A stretch of 63,610 bases of DNA, counting the filler, from Octopus bimaculoides (taxonomy: Eukaryota): the NCBI RefSeq assembly GCF_001194135.2. It is 4 parts of 4 records of this genome, joined end to end, with 100 filler letters (N's around TTAATTAATTAA, not from the genome) between each part and the next. Parts side by side here need not be neighbours in the genome. Positions count along the whole stretch, not along the records: positions 1 to 20,603 come from NC_068985.1; positions 20,704 to 43,180 come from NC_068990.1; 2 more parts are not named here. One strand, written 5' to 3'. The notes beneath the pieces were generated by a model. It was not told where the DNA came from, made no database searches, and worked only from the letters and a program-made list of their open reading frames with translations. Positions 12,236 through 24,304 of the stretch are shown piece by piece. How positions within the stretch are numbered: the stretch's first letter is position 1; each line of letters opens with the position of its first letter. The translations under genes and the position numbers were made by a program.

Positions 12236-15200
12236 ATCTTTGTGTTTTGAAAGTTTTTACATTACTTTTAGAGAAACATTGTCATCTGTTGGTATTGATA
12301 CATTGATTAGAATGCCTTTTTTCTTGATGATCTCTGACAACTATATCCGGCCTATTGGCATTAATTTCTGTATCTGTGTGTATTGGCATATCCCAGAGTA
12401 TGGTGCTTTCTCATTTCTTGTGACCTTCTCTGGTGTGTGCCTATACCATCTTTTTTCTGTTATTATTCCATAGTGTTGGCATAGCTTCCAGTGTATATAG
12501 GTCCTAACTCTGTCATGTCTGTAAATATATTCCTTCTTAGCCAGGACTGGGCAGCCAGAGATAATATGATTTACTATTGCTTCTCCATCACTACATATTC
12601 TGCAGTTACTTGTATTTCTTTTCATTACGTTTTTGGTAATTTCTGGTGGGAAGGCTTTGGTCTTGTGCTGCAATTAAAAATTCTTCAGTATCTGCTTTGA
12701 GTCCTGAGCTTCTCAGCCATTGTTGAGATTTTGCTTTGTCTATTTTTTTACTGTTTAGTATTTGCCATGAAGGGGCTTTTCTTGCCATTGCTTTATCATG
12801 CTCCATTGCTGATCCAGTTTTAGTTTGGATTTCAGTTGTTTTACAGCTTTCATTCTTTCTTCTTTTTCTTTGTAGTTGTTAGGTACTATGACTTCTTTTT
12901 TTGTATTTGTCAACTTCCTTAATGATTGAAAACAGTTTTTTGTTTTGTTCATGTTTTGTGGCTATTTCTATTATTTGTATTAGTTTTCTTTGCTTCTGAA
13001 GTAGTATTTCTGTAGGGCTATGGTGGTTATTTTGTAATAGTTTTCTAGCTGTATAAGGCCTCTACCACCTTCGATACACTGCATATGTAACCTTTCTATG
13101 TCAGATTTTGAGTGGTGCATCTTAAATCCTGTCATTATTTTTCTTGTTTTCCTGTCTATTTTTGATTAGTTCATTTAGAATCCAGTTAAGAATATTGTAG
13201 TTGTAACTTATAACTGGGACAGCTCTGTTTTTAATATTAATGTAACTCTTCTATAGTATTCTTTTCTTATCTTCTCTTTCATTTGTGTGTGTTGTATCAT
13301 ATCTAGTTCATTGATTCCTAAGTATTTGTACACCTGGCTTTGGTCTACTTCTCTTATTTCATTTGCTTTATCTAGTGTGATGTTGCTACTCTTAACTAGT
13401 TTTCCTCTTTTCAAGGTTGCTTTGGCACATTTTCCTACGCCAAATTTCATGTTTATTTCTTTGGTAAATCCATGTACTGTCTGCAGTAATGTTTTCAGCT
13501 GTTTAACATTTGTAGTGTACAATTTTAGATCATCCACATATAAGAGGTGGTTGATTATTTTGTATCCATATCCAGTTCTGTTTTGCATGTTAGATAAAGG
13601 TGTCAGTGCCAAGCAGAGATGGAGTGGAGAGAGCATGTCTCCCTGGAATATTCCTCTTCTAATGGGGATGGCTTTGGTTTTTATGAGTCCCTCTTTGTCT
13701 GGAGTTACAGCACTGGCTGACATTTATTCATGGAATGTTTTATATATTTTATGATTATTTGTGCTACCTTGTTCATGGCTAGTGTTTCTAGGATCCATGT
13801 GTGGGGAATATTATCAAAAACCTTTTGGTAATCAATCCAGGCCATACTTAGACCCTTCTTCTTTCTGTGGCTGTCGTCAGCTTTATTGATCAGTAGCTGA
13901 TCTTTACATCCATATGAGCCCTTGCAGCATCCCTTCTTCTCTTCTGAAAACAGGTTGCATTCTTCCAGATGTTTGCTCATTCTCTGCGATATTATTGCAG
14001 TAAGGGCTTTGTAAATTGTAGGGAGACAAATTATTGGTCTGTAATTTTATGGGTTTGCCGTTTCAGTGGATTTAGGAATTAGGATAGTTTTCCCTTCCAT
14101 GAGCCATTCAGGCATTGACTCTGGCTCTGCTAGTTTTCATTAAATTTCTCAGCCAGCTTTTTATGTGTTCCTGTTAGGTATTTTAACCAGAAGTTGAGGA
14201 TCTTGTCATGCCCAGGTGCCTTCCCATTGCTTAGTTTTTGCAGTGCCTGGCTGACCTCTTCAATTGTTGTTCAGGTGCTGTGTTCATTGTTTTGATAGAT
14301 TTTTGCTGAGGTTGTTCCTTCGCCAACCATATTTCTTTCCAAAATTCTTCCACTTCTGCTGTTGGTGCTGCATTGATCTCAATAATATTTTTGCCAGGTT
14401 CTTGGTAGAATCTTTTGGGGTTAGAGCTGAACTGTTTATTTTGTTCAAAGAAATGTTGGCGTTTCTCATACTGGTGGATTCTTTGTGCTTTGGCGAGGAT
14501 ATTTTGCTTTAGCTGTTCTTTTACCTCAGATATACCTTGTTCTGTAATTTTGTATTTACATAGTATTTTTCTTCTCTTCTTGTTGCCTAGTATTGTTGAT
14601 TGTCTACTAGTTTCATTAAGAATTGACAGATCCTTTCTCTTATTTTCTATTTTTTTCTGGATATTATATATCCACAGGGTTTGTTTGTGTGGTGATGCTC
14701 TTGTTTGGGTGGGTTTTAGAGGGTATCCAGCTTCTTTTGTGGCCACAGAGGTTTCTGCATACATTATATCATTTAGCTTGGTCATATTGACATTTGTTTC
14801 TGCGGCTATAAGTTCCGTGATGGCCAGGTTCATGTGTTTTACGTAGGATGTATGTGGTGCCTAGTAGTGCTATTTTCTGTATGTTATATATATGTTGATG
14901 TTATTATCGATGTTGTTTTATTATCAATTTTAATTTTTGGGAGGTATAATCGGTGGTCCATACTGAGATCTGTGGCTTTCAATTCTTTGATTATACTCAT
15001 TTTTAGAGTATCATAATCATTAGTTTCACCTTCGCTGTTTCCAGGTTTTAGAATTGTTTCATATTCCCTCCTGTTCATATTTTTGTCTGTGGTGTTTTGG
15101 TTTGGTGCATTTTGCTCATCATTATACATTCTTATGGTCTGGGTTTGTTGCCTTTCATTGTTTACTTCATTTTTATTGGACATGTTACATCTGTCTTCAT

Positions 15201-15790
15201 ATTTTACAGTCCCAGTGCTTATAATATTATTTGACATTGCTGTGTGGTTACTATCTACGCTTTCCTGATGTATTTTTCCCTTTAAGTGTTCTATTTCTAT
15301 TTCTGGTATTTTTTGTTCTTGTTTTTGTTTTGTTAGCTACTTTATTGCTGTATCCAAATCTTTATCTAAGTTATTTTTCTTCCAAATTTTATATGTATAT
15401 GTTGTTGTGTTTTCATTCTGTTGGTAGAGCACTGCTGTAAAATAAGCATGTAGGATTAAAATATATTCCTCACATGTCCATTTATTCTTTTTTGGTTTTG
15501 TTTGTGGGACATGAGGAATAACGTCCGGCCCTTTATTTTGATGGTCATCATTTTCATAGGGTACCGGTCCATTCATTTCTGCTGTTAAATGGTTTTGCAC
15601 ATGTAGTTTTTCATACTTTTTGTGTAACAAGTTTAAGTACATATTTCCCATTTCTTATCCTTTGGTTGAATAATACGGGTATTATTTAATTTATTTTTCA
15701 TTTTTTTGTGCATGGTGGTTGGGGACAGAAATGGTCTGATGTTGATTGGATCGTAATATGGCAAGCATGTTTACACGTGCTGTGTGAGTG
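12226..15790 (-). mobile_element. Second, distinct R4/Dong-like retrotransposon, nearly full length but 3'-truncated and frameshifted
   Basis: N-terminal KWTCEEYILILHAYF; GCKDQLLIN; RRGIFQGDMLSPL; HLLYVDDLKLY; CRICSDGEAIVNHIISGCPVLAKKEY; ends in LINVSIPTDDNV..KLSKHKDLKI at the Penelope junction. Confidence 0.88.
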
Positions 15791-15821
15791 ATAGAGATAA
15801 TGCACAGTTAAAATGAGTGTA

Positions 15822-15883
15822 GGACGAAAGCCCCATGGACAAAAGCCCCACAGACAAAAGCCCCACAGACAAAAGCCCCACGG
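15822..15883. repeat. 15-bp minisatellite (GACAAAAGCCCCACA) x4
   Basis: Read directly. Confidence 0.9.
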
Positions 15884-15929
15884 TTATATATTTCAATTAT
15901 TTTTTCGTTTTTTTTTTTCACCTTTTATT

Positions 15930-16100
15930 TGTTTCAGTCATTAGTCTGAGGCCATGCTGGGGCACCACCTTGAAGAATCTTTAGATGAACATATCAACCC
16001 CAGAATTTTTTTTTTTCCTTTTTAGTTGTTGCAGTTATTAGAATGTGGCCATACTGAGGCACCACCTTGAAAAATTTTTAGTCAAATGTATCAATGCTAG
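15930..16100 (-). mobile_element. Two tandem 3' fragments of SINE family D
   Basis: GGCCATGCTGGGGCACCACCTTGAAG..ATCAACCCCAG block appears twice and matches 45950-46010 and 59630-59690. Confidence 0.6.
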
Positions 16101-16879
16101 AATTTTTTAATTTTTACTTGTTGCAGTAATTATATAAAGATGAATGTAGCTATATCACCATTCTGCTTCCTTGATCCCCTTATTTCTTTCTGCCACTGTA
16201 AATTATAGTAGGCTTTAGGGTTTTTTTTTCCCCTAAATTCATTCTGCTACAAATTATAGTAGCAGAATGAATTTAGCACATGAAATTAGCACAAAGAAGC
16301 AATGTATTTTAGTCTCTCGTACTGATGAAAAATTTGCTAAAAAAATATAATGAAGTATCCTGTATGTTGGAAATCTATATGGTCATACACATCTGAGGAG
16401 AGTGGTTTATTTCAAATTGATGTAATGTTTGCATTGATTGATTAAATGGAGCCGCTTGAAATGCACTGATATCTGGACATCCTTGTTGCTAATTTGCTTN
16501 NNNNNNNNNNNNNNNNNNNNNNNNNNNNNNNNNNNNNNGGTGATATGTGTGTGTGTGTGTATATATATATACACACAGCACACACACACACACACACATT
16601 ATGTAAACAATACTTCAAATGCTTCAATTCTGTGTATGTATATTTATTTTCTAGATTACTAACATTTAGCAATGATTTTATCCATTGTGTTGATGTGCCA
16701 TTTTCTATAATTAATAAAACTGTCAGCATTTTTGACACCATGGGTATGCTAGTATATATATAAAGTGTATTGGTATTCTTTACTAAATAAATTATAAATA
16801 CACCTTGCTTATGTCATCGTACTATCATATACTAATATAATGTTTCTTATCTGTTTCAGTGGTGCGTATCTGGAAAATG

Positions 16880-18007
16880 CGTATATGATATCACAGCCCC
16901 TAAAATGGATGGTGAGTTTTGCAATAGTGGTTGATGTGGTGATGGACAATGCAAGAGAGGGATTGATAATGGAGATACTGTATGTGGATGACCTTGTTCT
17001 GATGAGTGAGACAATGGAAGGATTGAGGGAGAAGTTTTGGAAATGGAAGGAAGTGTTTGAAAGCAAGGGTTTGAAGGTAAACTTCGGGAAGACAAGGGTG
17101 ATAGTGAGTGGGGTGGAATGAGAAGTGTTAGTGAGTAAAGTGGATCCATGTAGTGTATGTGGGAGGAGGATAATGGCAAGTGTGGTGTTGTGTACAAGAT
17201 GTGAGAAATGGGTTCATGGTAGATGTACGAAAATGAAGGTGAACCCCAGACTGGCAAGAGAGTTTGTTTGTGGAAGATGTGAGAAAGGAGTTGGAGGGCT
17301 GGCAGAACCAGTGGAAATGCTATGTGATGAGGTGGAAACAGTGAGAGGGTTTTGTTATTTGGGAGATAGGGTGGATGTAAGTGGTGGATGTGAAGCAGCT
17401 GTGACAGCAAGAGCAAGACTTGGCTGGGTGAAGTTCAGGGAATGTGGAGTGTTGTTATATGGGAAAAGGTTCTCATTAAAGACAAAACGAAGTGTCTATA
17501 GGAGTTGCATGAGAGCTGCAATGCTGTATGGGAGTGAGACATGGTGTCTGAGAGAGAGAGAGAGATGGTAATTTTGAGAAGGACTGAGAGAGCAATGGTG
17601 AGAGAAATGTGTGGGGTGAAGCTGTTTGATAAGAGGACTGAGGACTTGGTGAGGATGCTGGGGTTGGAGGAATTGGTGCAACAGCTGGCAAGGGCAAATG
17701 GAGTGCAGTGGTATGGGCATGTATTGAGGAGGGATGAGGAGCATGTTCTGAGAAGGGTGCTTGAATTTGAGGTAAATGGACCATGAAAACAAGGTAAACC
17801 AAGGAAAATGTGGAGGAGACAGGTGGAAGAGGAGATTGGGAGGGTTGGCTTGAGAAGGGAGGATGCCCAAAACAGGGCAAGATGATGAGATGGTGTGAGG
17901 GTGGTTGCTATGGCATTGAGGTAGATCTGGCACACACACACACACACACACCATTAACGGGGACAAAACCTGGATTTTAAACACTGGATGATGAGGATTA
18001 TGATGAC
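16880..18007 (+). mobile_element. 5'-truncated RTE-clade LINE (second subfamily) with PHD-like finger inside the RT C-terminal region
   Basis: EILYVDDLVL..GLKVNFGKTRV; PCSVCGRR..LCTRCEKWVHGRC; FCYLGD; MLYGSETW; WYGHVLRR; tail ..ACTGGATGATGAGGATTATGATGA. Confidence 0.9.
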
Positions 18008-19189
18008 AACATCTGTTTTTTATAAATATAATTAATGCTCACTTGCTCACTTACTTGGGTACAGGAGCTGGGATACAAACTATTATTGAAATTAATGTTG
18101 ACTTACCTGCATGGCAGAGATGGTACACTCTAATGACATTAATGTTTATTTACTTGAGTAGCAGAATAGGGGTACAGACTTATGACAACATCAATGGCCA
18201 AGGTGCATTCTCATCTCCTGTAACAAATGTTTCAGTGATGTCAATAAAAAAAAGTGTGTAAAATCTAAGTAAAAGTAGAAATACTTATTACCATATTTGC
18301 TGTCACATAAGGATTTTTTTTTTTTTTGGCAATTTTTAAATGTATCAAAAAATTGCCCTGCATCTAATGTGGCCACATCATGGATTTGAGTGTTGCAAAC
18401 GAAAGGCTGAGTGCTTTTTCTTGTGTATAAATTTATTTCTATATTTACACTATGCTACAGAACCTGGGTTACTTTTTCATGTGCCACCCTGTATTTGAAC
18501 GAAGAGAAAATATATGTTCTCCTACAAAATCACGATAATATATCTGTAATGAGTGTATGATGAAACATATTAAATTTGTTCAAATATACTTGTAAAATAG
18601 GAGTGTGTCTTATGTGGAAGTACCTTTATACACCAACAAATGTAGTAATTATATAATAAATAATCATAAGAAAACACATCTTTTACTGGTTTCAGTAAAT
18701 AGACTGTGGTCATACAGGGACATTGTTTTCAAGGGTTTTAGTCATTTATATCAACTCCAGCATTTTCTCTGCTCCTTATTTTATTGACATCAGTAGAAAA
18801 GTCAAGTTGATGAGATGTAAAGAAAACAGGAATCTAGCTATAGTTTTCAAAAACCTAGTGAAGGGAGTTAACTTAAGAGTCTCCAAGCTATCTTCAAATA
18901 AAATCTTCAAAGCCACAGCCCAGGCCACTACTCGTTTCAAAGATAAGATTTGTTATATGTTCAACTTTAGCCCCCAACAAGGAAAAAACCACCATAATGC
19001 CAAATGATTTATGTCTTTATTTTCCTTTAATGTAAAAACTTGTATAGCTACAATCTTTCTTAATTTAGTTGTTAAGTATTTTCCTTGGATGCATAAACAT
19101 ACTTTGAGATTCTCTTTAGCTGTACAGCTAGTATAAAGAAAATATTAGTAAATAACTCTAAACCTAACACAGAAGCATGCTTCTCATGT

Positions 19190-19520
19190 AGCAGTAACAC
19201 CACATACTCACTAAACAGCGTATGACGCAGAGGTAGTGTTGAAGGATGTTAGAGAATGACAATGCATGGGAATATGCGGATGTAATGAAAGGTCTCTTCA
19301 GGACCAGGTTCAACAACCACAAGTCGTCATTTAATATTCAGGAGAAATATGATGTCACAGTTCAGATGAGATATGTATGGACATTGTAGAAAAATACATT
19401 ACATCAAATGAGAAATACTAAAAAAGTGCAACCATTACCTTAACAGCTTTAGGAGATGCAGACTCTACGTGGCAGCTAAAATCATATAGAACTCCTTCAC
19501 CCAGGTGTCTACCAAAAGTT
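19190..19520 (+). mobile_element. Highly degenerate Penelope-type GIY-YIG fragment
   Basis: Manual translation GLFRTRFNNHKSSFNIQEKY..RYVWTL and ..RRCRLYVAAKII, resembling the F(K)xRxxNHxxSF and CxLCxxEK motifs. Confidence 0.55.
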
Positions 19521-20293
19521 TAAATGTGAAGTTTTTTCCTCTAGCCCTCAGAAGTGCAGGTATATTTTAATAAATTAAGAGAAGAATTAGTTCTTCTCCC
19601 ATCAGTGCTTTCCTCTCTACATTTGAGGAGCAAGTATAAATTTTGTCCCTCACAACTAGCATTTATATATATATACATACAAGCCTATACACAAGCATGC
19701 ATATACATGACCATAAATAATGTTAAAATTTACCCCCGCGCACCTCCCCAATATTTCAATCCCACCCTGCCCTTACCCCACCTCCACCCTACAATCAAAT
19801 ATATCCGAAGGACTCTGATAATCTAAATGAGCTGGCCTACTTCCTTTCTTCTGGATTTGGTCTGTGTGCTTTCATCCATGAATTTTGTACCAGTTTTTAC
19901 ATCTCTAAGACTATAAACTAGATGTAACATTCTCAGTCCTCCAGTAGTAAGGAGTATTGGCCATACTGTTCCATTCAGACATTTTTGATGTTTGCTGGAT
20001 TTGCTTCTTTATTTCTGGTATAAAACCTTTTAAATAATGATGGTCACTCCCATCGATTTTGACCAATGAATGTTTGAAGGAAAGGATTAAAAGTAAAAGA
20101 AGCTACATCTATTTGCAATGAATGCATGAATATTTGAACCTAGGTATTAATTTTGCTATGAAGTTACAATGGGGACAGTGATGATTTTGATTTTGTCTTG
20201 GCTTGGACAAAATGTGTCTGTTAGACAGATGTGTTGAAGAGATAAAACACAGACTACAAGTGTTTCTTAGCAAAGTCTTATAACTTGCTACAT

Positions 20294-20467
20294 AAGTTGT
20301 AAGACACAAAATCAGCTTAGCTAATCTTCAGGTCCTATTATCTCTACAATCTTTACATTGGAGAGGAACAAATGAAAAATTCATGTTAGTCTCCACACAA
20401 CAATGTAAATAATGCAGAGGTAATTGGACCTGAAGATTAGCTAAGCTGGTTTTGTGTCTTACAACTT
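20294..20467. repeat. 42-bp inverted repeat pair (1 mismatch) around a 90-bp spacer; MITE or hairpin candidate
   Basis: 20294-20335 AAGTTGTAAGACACAAAATCAGCTTAGCTAATCTTCAGGTCC versus 20426-20467 GGACCTGAAGATTAGCTAAGCTGGTTTTGTGTCTTACAACTT. Confidence 0.9.
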
Positions 20468-20528
20468 AAGTAACAAGCATTACTTTGCTATGAAACACTT
20501 GTAGTCCATCTGTTTCATTCCTTTCTTT

Positions 20529-20559
<31 letters not shown>

Positions 20560-20562
20560 CTA

Positions 20563-20603
<41 letters not shown>

Positions 20604-20647
20604 NNNNNNNNNNNNNNNNNNNNNNNNNNNNNNNNNNNNNNNNNNNN

Positions 20648-20659
20648 TTAATTAATTAA
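20648..20659. other. Artificial assembly linker TTAATTAATTAA inside an N run (also at about 43225-43236 and 61157-61168)
   Basis: Identical palindromic 12-mer with stops in all six frames, flanked by N runs of similar length, at three sites. Confidence 0.9.
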
Positions 20660-21424
20660 NNNNNNNNNNNNNNNNNNNNNNNNNNNNNNNNNNNNNNNNN
20701 NNNATATATATATATATATATATACATACATACATATGTACATACACACATATACACACTCACGCCCCCATATGTATATAGATATGTATATGCAAGCATA
20801 TGTGTATGTGCATGCACGTATACATGCACGCGCATACACACATTCACTATACGTTTGTGTGTGAGTGAGTGTGTATACTTACATAATATATGAATACAAT
20901 TTGTTTCTTTTTTTCGTATATGAGAAAAATGTCTTCCGTGTGTCTATATTTAAATTTCGTATTACTGCATAAGTTTATGACTTACGACGGTGTGTGCATG
21001 AACATATCTGTGTAAGAATGAACTGAAAGATAAGGCGATAGACTTGAAAATAGACATCATAGTCTTAATATAGACGATAATAGATCTTAATGTAAATAAG
21101 TTTTACGCCAGAAAATATATTTTCTCGTACGAAAAGAAAAGGTGAAGAAATACAGGCAACAAAAATGGTTCATTTTAGTACAAGTAATTTTGTGTACTGT
21201 GTATTGTATTGCGAAAGAGGTTAGCCGGGTGAATAACAACAATACAGTTAATTGGTTCAGAACGAAGGAAAGTATATTTACATAATGAATATCGAATGCA
21301 ATAATATTGTGTGAAATCTTGTTTGAAAGAAATTGATGAGAGAATATGTGCGCTATCAAGTAATCAAATACTATATTGTATTCTCACTCACTCACTCACA
21401 CACACACTCACTCGCTCACTCACC

Positions 21425-21473
<49 letters not shown>

Positions 21474-21829
21474 ACTGTATGTATATATGTCAGTATGTTT
21501 GTATGTATGTGCGTGTGGGGTGCGCGCGCGCGTGTATGTGTGTGTGTGTGTGTGTGTGTTTGTGCGTGCGTGCGTGCGTGTGCGAGCGTACGGGTGTTTT
21601 AGGAAAAGTAAAAGAGTTTTCATTCAGAGCGTTATCATGGACAAATGAAAGAAAATATTTGCATTCCTTAAAAATATTTACTACCGGCTTCAATAGCTTT
21701 AAAGTTGATTTTGTCATGCTGGAAGAAGGAAAAAATGAAATAAATTAAATTAATCTTCCATTATATATCAAGTATTTCACATTTCTCCGAGAAAATTCAC
21801 GCTATATAAGAAGATAGTCGCTTTCTGAG

Positions 21830-22190
21830 GTCTTCTGCCGTCGTAGCAGTGGCATTCAAGAAATCTCAGTTGCTTTTGTCTCTATGAAGTGGCTATCAGT
21901 TGTAGCAGGGACAGCAATGCTAATGGTCGAAGTAGTTGGGGCGGAGGTTGTATAAGTCTCATTAATAGAAGCAGCAATGGCAGCTGAACCATGATTGTTG
22001 AAACAGTATTGTAGGTCTTTGAAAGACTAATAACTCTAGCATTAGGACTAGTAGAAGTTGCAGTGACAGAAGCTGTAGTTTTTAGTAAGGGTCTCCATTT
22101 ATCTCCCACAGTTCTTTAGAAGTGGTCGGCATTAGTTTTTGAAGTTGTCACTTTGTTGATATGTTGTTGTCTTGTTATATAACCCCTGAA
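21830..22190 (-). pseudogene. Frameshifted Ser/Thr-rich (mucin-like) coding relic
   Basis: Successive frames give KTTASVTATSTSPNARVISLSKTYNTVST / NHGSAAIAASINETYTTSAPTTSTISIAVPATTDSHFIETKATEIS / LNATATTAEDLRK; possible acceptor TTCAG at about 22177-22181. Confidence 0.4.
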
Positions 22191-23097
22191 TATGTATAAC
22201 GTGGGTTTTCTTTTTTTTAAATTTGGTAATTTCTTATGTGCATATGTGTCTATGTGCTTATTGAGTTGTATTCGTCAATAATCTGATATATTAATTTGTG
22301 TTATATGCAAAGTGATGCGATGTAGATAAAATGATGTACCAGTTCAAGTATTGGTATCGAATAACTCACTTCCCTAAGCATTATTTAATATTTGCCTATA
22401 TGAAGCACACATGCACACAGACAGACAGGCACACACATACACACACATGTATATGATCTGTACCAATTTTACCATCAACATCATCATTTTACGTACCCTT
22501 TATATCTGGTACGTGTTGAACATGTCAATGAGGGAAATTTTGAATTCATGCACTCTGTGAAAAAGAATGCAACTAAACAACTGCGTTCTCTCCCTTCAGA
22601 TGAACTACCCATAGTATCTTATAATATCAGGGGCTTAGGATTAATCTCGGTTGGACTGTTCACAGCAGCAATAAACTCAGTATGGCTCGCTGTATTAACT
22701 CCTACAACCTCAAAACTTTCCGGTCAAGAGAGCAAGATGCCACAATTCCCCTTTTCTCCTCCTTTGCACTGTCACACCTAGAATACTGATGAAACCAGCG
22801 CCCGGTCTAGCACAGTTTTTCTAAATATCGTTGGCGGGGAGATGAGTCGCTGCTGTTTCTAGCGGTGGAGCGTCCATCATTGACAAGAGGAAGGAATGCT
22901 GAAATCACGTGATCGACTGGTCTCGGTGCTGGAAATAGCACGAATTTATCTCCCTGCTATCGAAATAAAGAGGAATGACTTTTGGATTTTCATTTTGTGA
23001 GATTCATTATATCTACCGCATTATAATTTGTTCTAACAGAACATCCATGTTTAAGTGGGAATAAATATTACCTCTCGGTATAATACTGCCTCTATCA

Positions 23098-23137
<40 letters not shown>

Positions 23138-24152
23138 CGTGTAGCTAAAAGACAATTTATCTATATCCATCTTAAAATATGCATTATTGTCATCAAAGAA
23201 CTCCATGTATACCCGTTCCCAATTAAAAGGTGAAACAGAAGATATTTCTCTTCAAACAAATAACATTCTTCCGCATATTAACTGGTACTCATCTTACACC
23301 TAGTTAACAATAAGCAAAATCAATTACTGTAGGCATCCAAAGGGCGGGAGCCTGCATAGTCACATGACATGGTAGAAACTTGTGCCTAAAGGCATTTTCT
23401 AACGCTCCGCCTTAAACATATGCAGGATACGTTCGATAATATAATTCTAAGTACATTATTTCTGAATGTAAGACGAGTCAAGGCACCGTTGAGAAAACCT
23501 TTGATCAGAGATGTATGACTGACTTGGAGCTAAGCGATAACAGCAACAGCGTAGAATGAATTTAATAAGAAAGCGGTGTGTCGTGCCCCGATCACCACCA
23601 CCATTCCTGGAGTATATAGAACCAGTAAATATATCTAATGAATCTTATTCGAGCTTCCAAGATGCATCGCTAGTGGGCACAAGTTTTCGAAGATGTTCAA
23701 TAGTCTACTTTATAAATACTTTCAAAGGAGAAGATGAAACACTATACGTTGTTCCCAATCTAGTTGGATTTTTAAACAATCATAAACTCTAAATCATAAT
23801 GTAATAATACCAATATAGGAAAAAAAGATTTATAGTTCCAGCAATAAATTAACAAAGAGATAAAGGATAAAGACTTGCAAATATAATTACTGAACTGAAG
23901 TGTCCACGTATGAAGGAGATGCTGGCCTACGTTTCATTGACAATAGGTCCGTCTAGAGATAAGAGAATCCATAGATGTTAGTCATGTACGAATACGACTG
24001 ACTAACACGTGACATGAGTGCGTGATTTTATTTCATTTTCCGAAATTGCTGTGCAAACGAAAGCAGCACGACACTTGGCACAAGTAAAAACATATATATT
24101 ACATATAAGGTGAGTGTGACTAGGTGTGTGTGCATATTTTATGTGTGCATGC

Positions 24153-24190
<38 letters not shown>

Positions 24191-24228
24191 GCATATATCT
24201 TTATATATATGCATACATACAGATGCAC

Positions 24229-24260
<32 letters not shown>

Positions 24261-24261
24261 G

Positions 24262-24304
<43 letters not shown>

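Noticed and set aside
18107-18217. Strong minus-strand splice signals (TTACAG ... CAG|GTAAGT)
   Set aside because: No frame stays open and there is no lectin motif; it cannot be supported as an exon without transcripts.
22786-22812. CTGATGA-A-ACC..GGT hammerhead-like start
   Set aside because: No GAAA after the stem and no cleavage triplet or stem I.
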